Shown piece after piece: positions 28,902 to 38,901 of a stretch of DNA of 64,000 bases. Origin of the DNA: a virus; IMG/VR virus record IMGVR_UViG_3300029705_000062; one strand, written 5' to 3'. The notes under the pieces were generated by a model that saw nothing but the letters and a program-made list of their open reading frames with translations, was not told the origin of the DNA and ran no database searches. Each line of letters begins with the position of its first letter. Position 1 is the stretch's first letter. Position numbers and translations under genes: made by a program.

Positions 28902-29687
28902 TTAATTAATTATCTCAAACCAAACTCTTCCTATATTTGTCCAATCCTTAGAATAAATAGCTTTTAAATTTACACCTTTTAAACTAGCTATTTTAATTAT
29001 TTCATCAATGAAGTTATCTACAGTAATATCTTCAATAGAGTTTATGTTACTATAATGCTTTGATATAAAATCTAATCTCTTCCACCTTCTATGACCTAGT
29101 TCTCCAAGTGTCATAACTAAACCATTTTCAGCTAACTTTAAAGCATCTTCTAAATATGTTATTGTTGCTCCAAAAGAATCTAAATCAACTATAGAAAATT
29201 TTTTATTTTCTTTAATCATTAATTTTAATAATTTATTTGCACTTAAGTTATACTCACATTGAATTTCTTTATTTATATCATTGTTGGTTGAGTTATATCC
29301 TCTTTTTGAATAAAACATTTCATATCCACAAAAAACATCTAATACATTATCTATAGTATATTTACTTGACATATACTCTAAATATAAATCATTAGTTTGA
29401 TATTTATCATCTCTATGCTTATCATTATATATATTGTATTTTTTCTTTAATCGTTTCATCTTAGTTCTAGTTGCTTGTTCTTCCCTACCTATGCTATAAG
29501 CTATCTCACTATACTTATATCCTTGAGTAAACAAATTCCAACACCAAGACTCTTCATCCTCTGTCCACTTAGTAGCTATAGTCCCATTATATTTAACAAA
29601 AAATTTAACTCCACTTTTAAATTCTTCAGGCATTAAAGGAACTTTATACTCTTGATTTTTCTTCATTTGTTGAAACTTCCTTTCCAT
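28902..29687 (-). CDS. Myb/SANT-like HTH fused to a Trm1-like amino-methyltransferase domain
   Basis: WTEDEESWCWNLFTQGYKYSEIAYSIG (Myb-like). VLDVFCGYE.. and FSIVDLDSFGATITYLEDALKLAENGLVMTLGE resemble the Trm1 IDLDPFGSP block. The start is uncertain; ATG 29666 has a better SD. Confidence 0.45.
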   Translation of the reverse strand: MERKFQQMKKNQEYKVPLMPEEFKSGVKFFVKYNGTIATKWTEDEESWCWNLFTQGYKYSEIAYSIGREEQATRTKMKRLKKKYNIYNDKHRDDKYQTNDLYLEYMSSKYTIDNVLDVFCGYEMFYSKRGYNSTNNDINKEIQCEYNLSANKLLKLMIKENKKFSIVDLDSFGATITYLEDALKLAENGLVMTLGELGHRRWKRLDFISKHYSNINSIEDITVDNFIDEIIKIASLKGVNLKAIYSKDWTNIGRVWFEIIN

Positions 29688-29832
29688 TATTTAAAGTGGA
29701 TTTAAATTTTTTTAATTGTTTTTCTAAATTATTTTCAATAGTTTTATTATCTTTACAAATCTTCTCGTATCTTCCTTGTTTATCCATTTTGACAACCCTG
29801 CAATATTTGTAATGAACCATATCTCTTCCCAT
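29644..29832 (-). CDS. Hypothetical small basic protein
   Basis: 62-aa ORF between recJ and the methyltransferase. Confidence 0.3.
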   Translation of the reverse strand: MGRDMVHYKYCRVVKMDKQGRYEKICKDNKTIENNLEKQLKKFKSTLNNGKEVSTNEEKSRV

Positions 29833-29844
29833 TTAATTTATCCC

Positions 29845-31530
29845 CTAAAAAATTAATTCTGTGTCAACACTACTTTTATAATCAACAATTTCAACCTTTG
29901 TTCCGTACTTATCTTTTTTAAATTTACATATTATATCAATAGATAAATTAGACTCCCCAAAACCTATTTCTTCTCTGCAAGTAAATTCATCTATGAAACT
30001 AGAAGGAGCAAAGTTCTTTACATAGAAGATATTGTTTTTAGTAAATCCAACCATATTAAAGCCTATTTTTCTTACATCCTTTGAATTTATTTTTATATTT
30101 TTTACAACGAATAATGGCTCATTTATTCCATTTCCCCAAAGGTGTTTAAAATCTCCTACGGTTTCAATTGTTTGCTTATTTAAATCTTTGCAATCAAATA
30201 TATAATCAACTTCATAAGATAAGTTATATTCAACATCCTTAAACTTTTCATTAAATATATCAACAACTTTATCTATATTATCAGGACTTATTTCAACCCC
30301 AAAGCTCTCTTGGTGTCCTGCACATAAAGAGAACAATCCTGTTTCTATACAAATATCCTTTAAATTTGAAACTCCATAACTTCTAGAACTTCCTGCACAT
30401 AAACCTTCACTAAGTTTATGAACTAACATAACAGGTCTTTTAAATGTTGAAGCAACCTTATTTGCAACAAGTCCTGTAATACCTTTATCAACTTTATTTG
30501 TTATATCTATGATAAGTACCTTATTGTCTTCAAGTTCGTTTTCAATTATTTGTTTATTTATATATTCCATAGCTTTATTTGTTGCTGTACGTTGTCTAGA
30601 TTTAGCATTGTTACCTAATCTTATAACTGCATCTGCTAATGATTGTTGAGTTTCTGCTTTTCCTCTAGGTTTATATGTAACTAGATATTCCTCTCCTGAT
30701 AAGCAATCAAACATCATTTTCTTTTCCTCTGCTGTACCAACTCTAATAATAGCATTCATAAGAGGTGCGATTTTAAATCCTACATCTAAGATAGTTGGAT
30801 CATCTAATTCCTCTTTTTTAAATAATGCTTTAAAGAATGGATTTTGTATATTTTTTAGACCTTTACTACATAACATTCTTGTTTCTAAATTCCTTAAATC
30901 CATAACATCTCCTATATTCCCAACAGCAACTAGGTCTAGGAACTTATCACAAAAGCCTGTTATACCTAATCTATTATCAAGAGCTTGACAGAATTTATAT
31001 ACTATCCCTACTCCTGATAAATCCTTATTTAAAAAGTCTTTTGAAGATTGATTATTAACTATTATCGCAGGACTACTACCCTCTACTTCATGATGGTCTA
31101 GTATTATTAAATCTATTCCACTAGAGATTAATGTTTCATGTGTAACACCTTCTGAACTTGAAGCATCAGGTATTATAATTAGTTGAGGATTAACTTCTTC
31201 TATGTACCTTATTGCATCAGGTGTTATACCATGTTGCTTACCACTATGTATATGTATTATTGGCTCAAGATTTATTTCTCTCATATAGTTACATAGTAGA
31301 GCAGAGCTAGTGTATCCATCAGTATCTGAGTCAACTATAACCAATATCTTAGAACCTTGTTTAGCATGTTTTATAAATGTATCAACAGCTTTATCCATAT
31401 TATCCAGTAGGCTATAGTGTGTTTCAGAAACAACAGGATTTAAAAATAGATGCACATTTTCTATGTTTCTATTAACAAGAACAGTTTCAACAACTTGTCC
31501 TTGCATTTGATTTTTTAAATTGTATTTCAT
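29845..31530 (-). CDS. recJ: RecJ-like DHH-family single-strand exonuclease
   Basis: DHH motifs VIVDSDTDGYTS, GDVMDL and LIILDHHEV. Confidence 0.75.
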   Translation of the reverse strand: MKYNLKNQMQGQVVETVLVNRNIENVHLFLNPVVSETHYSLLDNMDKAVDTFIKHAKQGSKILVIVDSDTDGYTSSALLCNYMREINLEPIIHIHSGKQHGITPDAIRYIEEVNPQLIIIPDASSSEGVTHETLISSGIDLIILDHHEVEGSSPAIIVNNQSSKDFLNKDLSGVGIVYKFCQALDNRLGITGFCDKFLDLVAVGNIGDVMDLRNLETRMLCSKGLKNIQNPFFKALFKKEELDDPTILDVGFKIAPLMNAIIRVGTAEEKKMMFDCLSGEEYLVTYKPRGKAETQQSLADAVIRLGNNAKSRQRTATNKAMEYINKQIIENELEDNKVLIIDITNKVDKGITGLVANKVASTFKRPVMLVHKLSEGLCAGSSRSYGVSNLKDICIETGLFSLCAGHQESFGVEISPDNIDKVVDIFNEKFKDVEYNLSYEVDYIFDCKDLNKQTIETVGDFKHLWGNGINEPLFVVKNIKINSKDVRKIGFNMVGFTKNNIFYVKNFAPSSFIDEFTCREEIGFGESNLSIDIICKFKKDKYGTKVEIVDYKSSVDTELIF

Positions 31531-31555
31531 ATTTTCTCCTTGATTGTAAATATAT

Positions 31556-31810
31556 CTATATTATCCTTTGAATTTCATCAAAGTTTTGACCATAACTTAT
31601 ACCAATTATTTTTATATTAGGATTAGATTTTAAAGTTAAATCATGGTTATATGCTTGTTTATAATAATTTAGTTTTTCTATTATATTGCAACGAGGATTT
31701 ATAATAAATTCATCCCCTTCTCCAACTCCTCTAATTCGTACTCCTACATAATTACAATTACATCTATAAGCAGATAAAAATATATCTTCTAACATTTTTA
31801 AATTATACAT
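31556..31810 (-). CDS. Hypothetical protein
   Basis: 84-aa ORF with SD GGGGGTA. Confidence 0.4.
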   Translation of the reverse strand: MYNLKMLEDIFLSAYRCNCNYVGVRIRGVGEGDEFIINPRCNIIEKLNYYKQAYNHDLTLKSNPNIKIIGISYGQNFDEIQRII

Positions 31811-31836
31811 ATATACCCCCTAAATTTTTATTTTAA

Positions 31837-32013
31837 TTATAAGTGATATTCATTTTCCACATATATTATGGTTGAATATGTCATATTCTCATCTGACCAA
31901 GTATTTACACTAACTACAGTTATATGTTTCCTACTTTCTATCCAATGTTTTATTTTACTTTGCACTTTCTCTGCTTTATTACTATTTATATTTTTAACTT
32001 TATATTTAACCAT
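31837..32013 (-). CDS. Hypothetical 58-aa protein (not in ORF track)
   Basis: ATG 32013 with SD AAGGAGGAA. Encodes MVKYKVKNINSNKAEKVQSKIKHW... Confidence 0.35.
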   Translation of the reverse strand: MVKYKVKNINSNKAEKVQSKIKHWIESRKHITVVSVNTWSDENMTYSTIIYVENEYHL

Positions 32014-32036
32014 ATTTCCTCCTTAAAAATTTTACT

Positions 32037-32876
32037 TTAATTAATATTAGGAATTTTCTTTTTTAATAAATCTATTATGTGATACTGTTTAATCCTACAC
32101 ATAGCTGTTGAATTTAACTCCCTTTTCCAATTTGTATTAATTAAAATATTTATAATATCATCTTTTAATTCTTCATTATGGATTTTTATTTTATATTCTC
32201 CACTGTATGTTTCATCATCAGATAATATTTTTCCTGCTGTGGCATCTCCCCAGTAACACATTCTAATATCATATTCAAAATCTTTATACCTTTTACTATC
32301 TTGTCTTATTATCTCAACATCTTTTAATTTATTTATTTTCTTTTTATTTAGTCCATTATTTGGTCTAACATATACGTTTAGACAACAATGAACTTTCCTT
32401 TCTCCACTGAATGTAAGCTCTCCTAAATCTTCTGAATATAATAAATTAAATTGATAAAAGGTTTGAGTGTTATTTAACTGACTAATAGGAAGTATGAATA
32501 CTATATAATCTCCTATTTCTATTGATTTTTTAAAAAATTTATTAGCTAAACTTAATCTATTTCCATATGGAGGATTGCCAATTACACATCTACCTCTAAC
32601 ATACTCTAATGGATACTCTAAGAAATCTGCTTTTATAATATCTTCTCCATCAGGTTCTATATCTATGGCAATAACATCTAGTCCACTTGTAGCGAGATAA
32701 TTACTAAAAACTCCTGCTCCTGCACTTGGCTCAAGAAATTCAGATATACTATATCCATTGTCCTTTAATATATCCCATGCTTTATTAACACAGTATTCCA
32801 TATCATCATAAGAAGTATAGTATTTATCTAGATTTAATTTATTGCTATTTTTACTTTCTATATATTTAAATTTCAT
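32037..32876 (-). CDS. Gamma-class N6-adenine DNA methyltransferase
   Basis: SAM site EPSAGAGVF followed by catalytic NPPY (VIGNPPYG). Start moved to ATG 32876 (SD AGAGGTGG). Confidence 0.65.
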   Translation of the reverse strand: MKFKYIESKNSNKLNLDKYYTSYDDMEYCVNKAWDILKDNGYSISEFLEPSAGAGVFSNYLATSGLDVIAIDIEPDGEDIIKADFLEYPLEYVRGRCVIGNPPYGNRLSLANKFFKKSIEIGDYIVFILPISQLNNTQTFYQFNLLYSEDLGELTFSGERKVHCCLNVYVRPNNGLNKKKINKLKDVEIIRQDSKRYKDFEYDIRMCYWGDATAGKILSDDETYSGEYKIKIHNEELKDDIINILINTNWKRELNSTAMCRIKQYHIIDLLKKKIPNIN

Positions 32877-33582
32877 TTTCCACCTCTTGTGATGTAGATA
32901 AATATTCGTTTTCAATTCTTTGCTTGGCTATATTGAAATAATTTTCATCAACTTCACTGCCAACAAATCGTCTATTTAATTGTTTACAAGCTAATGCAAC
33001 AGCACCTACTCCAAAGAAAGGGTCTCCAACAACATCTCCTTCTTGGCTACTGTTTTCAATGAGTATTTTCATAAGCTCAATAGGTTTCTCTGTATCGTGG
33101 ATATTTTTTCCGTCTACACCCTTTGTTTTCTTATTTGGAACACTTAATATGTCAGGAGTTCCACATTTATTAATTCTTTTACCTTTACCTTTTCTAAAGA
33201 ATAATATATATTCAAATTGTGACATATAGTATTGTCCCATTATTTTATTACCTTTATCCCAAACTAAAGATTTTATAAAGTGGAAACCACATTCCTTAGC
33301 TACATTAAGCATTTCTATTAGATTAACATGATTTGTCATTATATAACAATGTGAACCGTCTTTTAATACTCTATATAATTCAGGTATAAAATCCGATATT
33401 TTAACATCATTATATTTAAATACTTTCCCTTGCATATTAATTTTCTTTAGCAACATACCACCTGTATTACCTGTATTTCCTCTTGATGTAACTTTGTATG
33501 GAGGGTCTGTAATTATAAGGTCTAAACTGTTGTCAGGTATTGTTGAAAAAACTATTCTAAAATCTTCATTAAATATATTCAA
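32866..33582 (-). CDS. Beta-class N4-C/N6-A DNA methyltransferase
   Basis: DPPY (LIITDPPYKV) at the N-terminus, DPFFGVGAVA SAM site at the C-terminus. Confidence 0.75.
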   Translation of the reverse strand: MNIFNEDFRIVFSTIPDNSLDLIITDPPYKVTSRGNTGNTGGMLLKKINMQGKVFKYNDVKISDFIPELYRVLKDGSHCYIMTNHVNLIEMLNVAKECGFHFIKSLVWDKGNKIMGQYYMSQFEYILFFRKGKGKRINKCGTPDILSVPNKKTKGVDGKNIHDTEKPIELMKILIENSSQEGDVVGDPFFGVGAVALACKQLNRRFVGSEVDENYFNIAKQRIENEYLSTSQEVENEI

Positions 33583-33583
33583 A

Positions 33584-33769
33584 TTAATTACCCCTCTTAA
33601 AATTATTTATTCCATTCTTGAAGATAGCATTATTTCTCTTGCATAGTTCTACTATTTCATTTTCCATTTTATTTAAAATGACTAATCCTTCTTCCCTATC
33701 TATACTTTCTTTAAATTCAATTTCAAATTTAAAATTAATTCCAATAACATTTTTTTCTAACATATACAT
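33584..33769 (-). CDS. Hypothetical protein
   Basis: 61-aa ORF between the primase and methylase genes. Confidence 0.35.
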   Translation of the reverse strand: MYMLEKNVIGINFKFEIEFKESIDREEGLVILNKMENEIVELCKRNNAIFKNGINNFKRGN

Positions 33770-34839
33770 CCCTCACTTAAATCTAAAATATATTCTCTAG
33801 CTTGTAAAAGTCTTTCAAAGGTTTCTTTCCCTTTGTCTGTAGGAGCATCTTTGTATTCTAATAAACCATTTTCAATATCATCCCATATTACACTAACCCT
33901 ACAAAAAGGCAAGAGATGTTTTAATGATTTATAGATTTTCTTTCTCCATAGATTTTTTTCTTCTAAGGTTTTATATTGCTTATCAAAAGCAATAACAACT
34001 TCCTCTACTCCAAGTTCAATTAACATCCTAGCATGAGCTTTATGTATTTTTGATCCACATACTGCTACTGAACAATTAAACTCACCGTAAAAGCTATCCA
34101 TCAAAAGAACAGATTTTTCTCCTTCAAAAACAATAACTTTCTTTGTATTTTTAATTGTTTGCTTGGTGAAATTAAGTCCATATAAATTATGCATAAGAGA
34201 ATGGGCATAACCTTTATTACCTATGTAAATGGGCATATATTTTTGACCTCTATCTAAGTCCTCTTTTAGTAATGCTCTACCTCTAACACCAACAAGACCA
34301 CCATCAGCATTGTGGTGAGGAATTATTATTTTATGTTGGTCTAGATAATACATTATAGAGTACTTAGACATGGTTTCATGTGAAATACCTTCTACTAACC
34401 ATTCAGTGCAATGAAACTTTAGAAAAAGACTTAATATATTGTTATCAAGTACAGGTAAAATAACCTCAACATCCTCTTCCTCCTGTTCATCAACTATCCT
34501 TGCACAAGGTATGTTACCAAAGCCAACAGGAGCAAGTGTATTTTGAATATTTAAAAACTTAGCTAGATAAGAAATAGCTTTTTTAAAATCTAAGTCTAAA
34601 GCACTTTCAACCAATCCAAAAATATCTAAGTTTTGGCAATTTGTGTAACAGTAGAAAGTCTTACTACTTTTATAATAATATAATTTATAACTACCACTTC
34701 CGTCATGGTTATGACACACAGTAGAATAGATATTATATTCATCTACATCTGCTCCCTTGCTACCTCCTAAAGAATAGATAAGTCTATCAACATCTTCAGT
34801 TGTTAGCTGATTTTTGATTTTTTCAACTAAATGCTTCAT
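33757..34839 (-). CDS. dnaG: DnaG-type DNA primase
   Basis: CHC2 zinc finger CHNHDGSGS..FYCYTNC and TOPRIM VIVFEGEKS ... AFDKQ. Confidence 0.75.
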   Translation of the reverse strand: MKHLVEKIKNQLTTEDVDRLIYSLGGSKGADVDEYNIYSTVCHNHDGSGSYKLYYYKSSKTFYCYTNCQNLDIFGLVESALDLDFKKAISYLAKFLNIQNTLAPVGFGNIPCARIVDEQEEEDVEVILPVLDNNILSLFLKFHCTEWLVEGISHETMSKYSIMYYLDQHKIIIPHHNADGGLVGVRGRALLKEDLDRGQKYMPIYIGNKGYAHSLMHNLYGLNFTKQTIKNTKKVIVFEGEKSVLLMDSFYGEFNCSVAVCGSKIHKAHARMLIELGVEEVVIAFDKQYKTLEEKNLWRKKIYKSLKHLLPFCRVSVIWDDIENGLLEYKDAPTDKGKETFERLLQAREYILDLSEGCIC

Positions 34840-36431
34840 CCATTAAGCCACCTCAACCATTCATCTGCATTTGGAACAGAAGGAACTATTATATTTGCAA
34901 TTTGTAAGGTTTGATTTAAAGGAGTTAAGTCTTGATTTGTTACACAAATAACTTCTTCTCTAAGAGTTCCTAAGTTTAAATGTGAGAATATTCTTATATC
35001 CTTTAACCTTCCTCCTCTATTTTTTACAATTACATGACATATATTAGGTAGCTTTTTATCTTTAAAACCTTCTTCAGTTATAAATCCATTATCTCTTAAC
35101 ACATCTATATCTGCTTCAGTTACTTTTACTGATAAGATACCTTGGTCTACTTTATCTCCTATTGCAAAACTTCCTCTAAATGAATGGAATCCCTCTTGGT
35201 TGTCCGTATCTTTACTAGACCTGTTAAGCTGAGAACCAACCCACATAAATATACCATAGGTATTACAAATTTCCTTTAACCTTGACATAAAAAGCAGAAT
35301 TATTAAATCTTCTCTATTTACTCCACCTCCACTTGTCATTTCCTGTATTATGGAAGGTGTTAAATGTAGGTAATCATAAAATACATATTTTGTTCCATAT
35401 TTTAATATGTGAGATTCAATAATGTTTTCAATATCATTAGAGTTAAAATCAGGTATGTAAACTATATGAAGCTGAGAGTTTTCAAGTAATGCGATAGCTT
35501 TGTCTATAACTTCTTCTTCAAATTCACTTAAGCAACCTTCAACTATTTTATGCTCATTAATTCCTGTTATAGCAGATAAAATAGTTGGTTGAACTTCATC
35601 TAACTGAAGTTCCGTTGTTATATATAAAACGGATTCTGCCATTCCATTTGCAACCCATTGACCATCAATAAATAAAAAAGGCATAGATAATTTAACTGCA
35701 TTTGCAATAGCTTGTCTAGATTTTCCAAATCCACTAGGAGAGCCATGTATAAGTAATTTACTTAACCTAGCACCTCTAAAAGCTGTTGAAAGAACAGGAT
35801 TAAATAATGGTAAACCGAAGTCAGGACTTTCCTTTAGGCTTTTAATAAGTTCTCTAACACCTAAAGCAGAATGAACATTAAGACCTTTTTGATTTAAACC
35901 TGTCCATTTTGTTCTTAGGTTATTAACTGTTTTCCCTAATATGTCTAAAATATCATCAATAGTTACTTCCTCAAATTTTAAATTCAATTCTTTGTTTGAG
36001 TTTGTTATATCATAAATTCCACTGATATCAACTCCCATATTGACCATATCCCTAAGCATTGCAAATTTTCTAACCCTATTATAATGATAAGTAAAATTAT
36101 CTAGGTTTGCTTGTTGCTTAATAACTTCAATGTAATTATTATCTATATCAAAACGTTCATACACATCTAACCATGTTGAATTAAAGTTCTTTAGATATTC
36201 CTTTACAGCTATACTATCAACTATTTTTAAATCACATTTAACCATATTTACAACACTAGAAAAGACTACTTTATGAAAATTAGATAAAAAATCTTCACTG
36301 CTAAGTTTATATTGATTTTTACTTGTAAGTTCTGTATTTATACATATGCAACCTAAAACCTGCATTGCATCATAAGAAGGATACAAAGCTTTTAAAATTT
36401 CATCTTTAGACATCATCAAATCCTCCTTCAA
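34836..36431 (-). CDS. dnaB: DnaB-type replicative helicase
   Basis: Walker A HGSPSGFGKS, RecA-like C-terminal domain. Translationally coupled to the primase gene. Confidence 0.75.
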   Translation of the reverse strand: MKEDLMMSKDEILKALYPSYDAMQVLGCICINTELTSKNQYKLSSEDFLSNFHKVVFSSVVNMVKCDLKIVDSIAVKEYLKNFNSTWLDVYERFDIDNNYIEVIKQQANLDNFTYHYNRVRKFAMLRDMVNMGVDISGIYDITNSNKELNLKFEEVTIDDILDILGKTVNNLRTKWTGLNQKGLNVHSALGVRELIKSLKESPDFGLPLFNPVLSTAFRGARLSKLLIHGSPSGFGKSRQAIANAVKLSMPFLFIDGQWVANGMAESVLYITTELQLDEVQPTILSAITGINEHKIVEGCLSEFEEEVIDKAIALLENSQLHIVYIPDFNSNDIENIIESHILKYGTKYVFYDYLHLTPSIIQEMTSGGGVNREDLIILLFMSRLKEICNTYGIFMWVGSQLNRSSKDTDNQEGFHSFRGSFAIGDKVDQGILSVKVTEADIDVLRDNGFITEEGFKDKKLPNICHVIVKNRGGRLKDIRIFSHLNLGTLREEVICVTNQDLTPLNQTLQIANIIVPSVPNADEWLRWLNG

Positions 36432-37023
36432 AGTTTATATCAGTGATAAGAATTTTATTAATCCTGTTATCAGTTGTTGGTTTTAAAATAATATCTCTTT
36501 TCTCAAAGAAGTTAATTTTTGTATAATCTATACTTAAAGCTTTTTCTTGTCTTTTAAGTTTTTTAATATACTCTTGTTTTGCATTATCATAATGCCAAGC
36601 AATTATACCAACAGTATCAAGCTCTAAATTCTTTTTTAAAGTATTTGTAATATATTCAAGTGTTAATAACATACCTTTGTATGTAAAATTATTTTTAGAT
36701 TTAAACTGATTTATTTGCATATAAATTCTGTTATTAAGTTTATCTGTTTTATGATATTGTTTTAGCCATTTATCTAATTCATCTAAATCTAAACGGTCTT
36801 GGATAAGATTATCATAACACTCTTGGGAGCAAAAGTTTTTCTTTTTATCTTTGCTTTCCATATCATTGCAAGTAAACTCTGATCCTCTTACAAAGCTTTT
36901 CTTACATACAGAACAACTTGCTTTTAAAGTTAAGTATTCTGAAAGACAATCTTTACAATACCTCTTACCTTTGTATTCAAATGTATCTTCAAATTTTTTA
37001 CCACATCTAGTACATTTTTTCAT
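36406..37023 (-). CDS. Double zinc-ribbon protein, possible helicase loader/replisome organiser
   Basis: CTRCGKKF..YCKDC and CSVCKK..C..C. Position directly upstream of dnaB. Start ATG 37023 with SD AGGAGGTG. Confidence 0.35.
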   Translation of the reverse strand: MKKCTRCGKKFEDTFEYKGKRYCKDCLSEYLTLKASCSVCKKSFVRGSEFTCNDMESKDKKKNFCSQECYDNLIQDRLDLDELDKWLKQYHKTDKLNNRIYMQINQFKSKNNFTYKGMLLTLEYITNTLKKNLELDTVGIIAWHYDNAKQEYIKKLKRQEKALSIDYTKINFFEKRDIILKPTTDNRINKILITDINFEGGFDDV

Positions 37024-37081
37024 ATTAACACCTCCTATAATTACAAAGTATATCATATATGTATATAAATTTGCATTATAT

Positions 37082-37098
37082 TTTTAATTATTTGCTTT
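37082..37098 (-). promoter_or_regulatory. AAGCAAATAATTRAAA motif copy 4
   Basis: Sense AAAGCAAATAATTAAAA, followed by TGCAAA-17-TATACT with an extended TG. Confidence 0.5.
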
Positions 37099-37263
37099 AA
37101 TAAAGAGAAAAATATTTATCCTACATTGAAATTTACCAATAAATATCTTTTCAAAATAATAATATTATGATAATATATTTATTGTTATTAACTTTATTGT
37201 TAAAAGCTCCTTAAAATCGGAGTTGGATTTTTGTATATTAAAAGTGTGTATTTAGTAAATAAT

Positions 37264-37291
37264 AAAAGGTGCTATAATTATAGCACCTTTT
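37264..37291. terminator. Bidirectional terminator
   Basis: AAAAGGTGCTATAATTATAGCACCTTTT perfect palindrome. Confidence 0.65.
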
Positions 37292-37292
37292 A

Positions 37293-38858
37293 TTATGCTT
37301 TAAGCAAGTTATATTTCTTTAGTAGTTCAGTAACTTCTCCATTATCTTCATCTAGGAAAAAACCTTGAAACTCTTCAATTTTTGTATCTATAAGACACCC
37401 ATGTCCCTTACCTCTAAGTTTAGTTGCATCAAATTTATCATCTGTTAATAATGAAGATTCTTTTGAATCTGCAACTGCGAAACAAAGTCTATTCATTAGA
37501 TGAGTAGAAATATTTCTAGGTATATATGCATTCATTAAACGTTGAGAAGTTATCATTGCTCCTATACCTGCACCTCTACATCTACTTAAAAGAAGACCTA
37601 ATTTATCTATATAGTTTTCTTTTTCTTCTTCTTCTGCTCCTTTTTTCTTACCTCCACTTTTCTTATTGCCTGTAACAAGTGGACTTGTAGTAAATCCATA
37701 AATTTCTTCTATACAAAATAATATATAAGGGAATTGCTCATTTTTTGGAACAAGTTTGTTATAAGCAGATATTTTTCTAACTCCTTTTTCTTTCATTTTT
37801 TTATATCTGTATTCCATAACCTCAGTTAGTTTATCTATCATAGCCATTGTTTCCTCAACAGTATCTCCATAATATTTAACATGTTTTAGCTTTTGTAGAT
37901 GAATTAACTCAACAACCTTTAAGTCAATAAGCCACATTTCCAATTCACTAGGAGAATAGTTTAATGCCAAATCTGCTATTATAGCATTTACACAAATCGA
38001 CTTGCCCGTACCTACAGCCCCTCCAATAAATACGTTATGAACTCCACTAAGAAGTCTCATCCTCTTCCAACCTGTATGACCTTTACCTAATACAACTTCT
38101 AATTCTTCTCTCTTTTCTCTTTTTATGTTTTGATATTTTACTAGCTTAGGTAATTCTTTTAGGTATGATTTTATTTGCATTGTACTTTTACTAGGACTGG
38201 TAATATCTATTCTACTTGCTCCTAACCATTCTTTAAGAGTTGTATCCACTTGATTTACATTATAAGTTGATATACCTATAGGCATACTAAATGTATATAT
38301 CTTTCCACTTTCCCATTCTTGAATATTTGTTAGTTGAGGATAGATAAATCCATTTTCCTTATCTCCTGCACCTTTTTTAGTTTTAATCCAAAACTCAGTC
38401 CATTTTTCATTTTCATCTTTAATTTCTTTTGGAGTTTCAATTTTTTCTTCTTCCTCTATGTTTTTAGTAACTGTAATATATGCTAAATTATCTTTGTAAT
38501 GAGTAAATTCAACATCATCTGAATTTGAAAGTTCTCTTATTTGGTCTTTGCACTTTGACATTGTATTAGTAGTTATACCAACAGGATATTTAAATAAATA
38601 TTTTATACCATTATTTAAGTAATATGAACCAAGTAAAACAGGCATTTTAATTTCATCTTCACATATTATTTTAACAGAATTATATTTCCAAATGTCATCC
38701 CACATTTCTTCTTTAATTTCATTTTCTATTATTTCTTTAGGAGTATTATTTATAAACACATTTTCCTTTTTTTGAGGTTTTATTTTTTTACATATTTCAC
38801 TACCTGCAAAAGTAACAACTCCACCTATTGCACCTATTATAACACTTTCTAATAACAT
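37293..38858 (-). CDS. Membrane-anchored FtsK/SpoIIIE-family DNA translocase-like ATPase
   Basis: N-terminal TM, two similar ~90-aa domains, Walker A GGAVGTGKS, Walker B-like ILFCIEE. Confidence 0.65.
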   Translation of the reverse strand: MLLESVIIGAIGGVVTFAGSEICKKIKPQKKENVFINNTPKEIIENEIKEEMWDDIWKYNSVKIICEDEIKMPVLLGSYYLNNGIKYLFKYPVGITTNTMSKCKDQIRELSNSDDVEFTHYKDNLAYITVTKNIEEEEKIETPKEIKDENEKWTEFWIKTKKGAGDKENGFIYPQLTNIQEWESGKIYTFSMPIGISTYNVNQVDTTLKEWLGASRIDITSPSKSTMQIKSYLKELPKLVKYQNIKREKREELEVVLGKGHTGWKRMRLLSGVHNVFIGGAVGTGKSICVNAIIADLALNYSPSELEMWLIDLKVVELIHLQKLKHVKYYGDTVEETMAMIDKLTEVMEYRYKKMKEKGVRKISAYNKLVPKNEQFPYILFCIEEIYGFTTSPLVTGNKKSGGKKKGAEEEEKENYIDKLGLLLSRCRGAGIGAMITSQRLMNAYIPRNISTHLMNRLCFAVADSKESSLLTDDKFDATKLRGKGHGCLIDTKIEEFQGFFLDEDNGEVTELLKKYNLLKA

Positions 38859-38901
38859 ATCTACTCCTCCTAAATTTTTATATTTATATTATATTTATCT
38901 T

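Noticed and set aside
32866-32915. A 50-nt overlap of the two adjacent methyltransferase ORFs could be a fused or frameshifted single gene.
   Set aside because: The downstream gene has an internal ATG at 32876 with SD AGAGGTGG. The two proteins are complete methylases of different classes (DPPY beta versus NPPY gamma).
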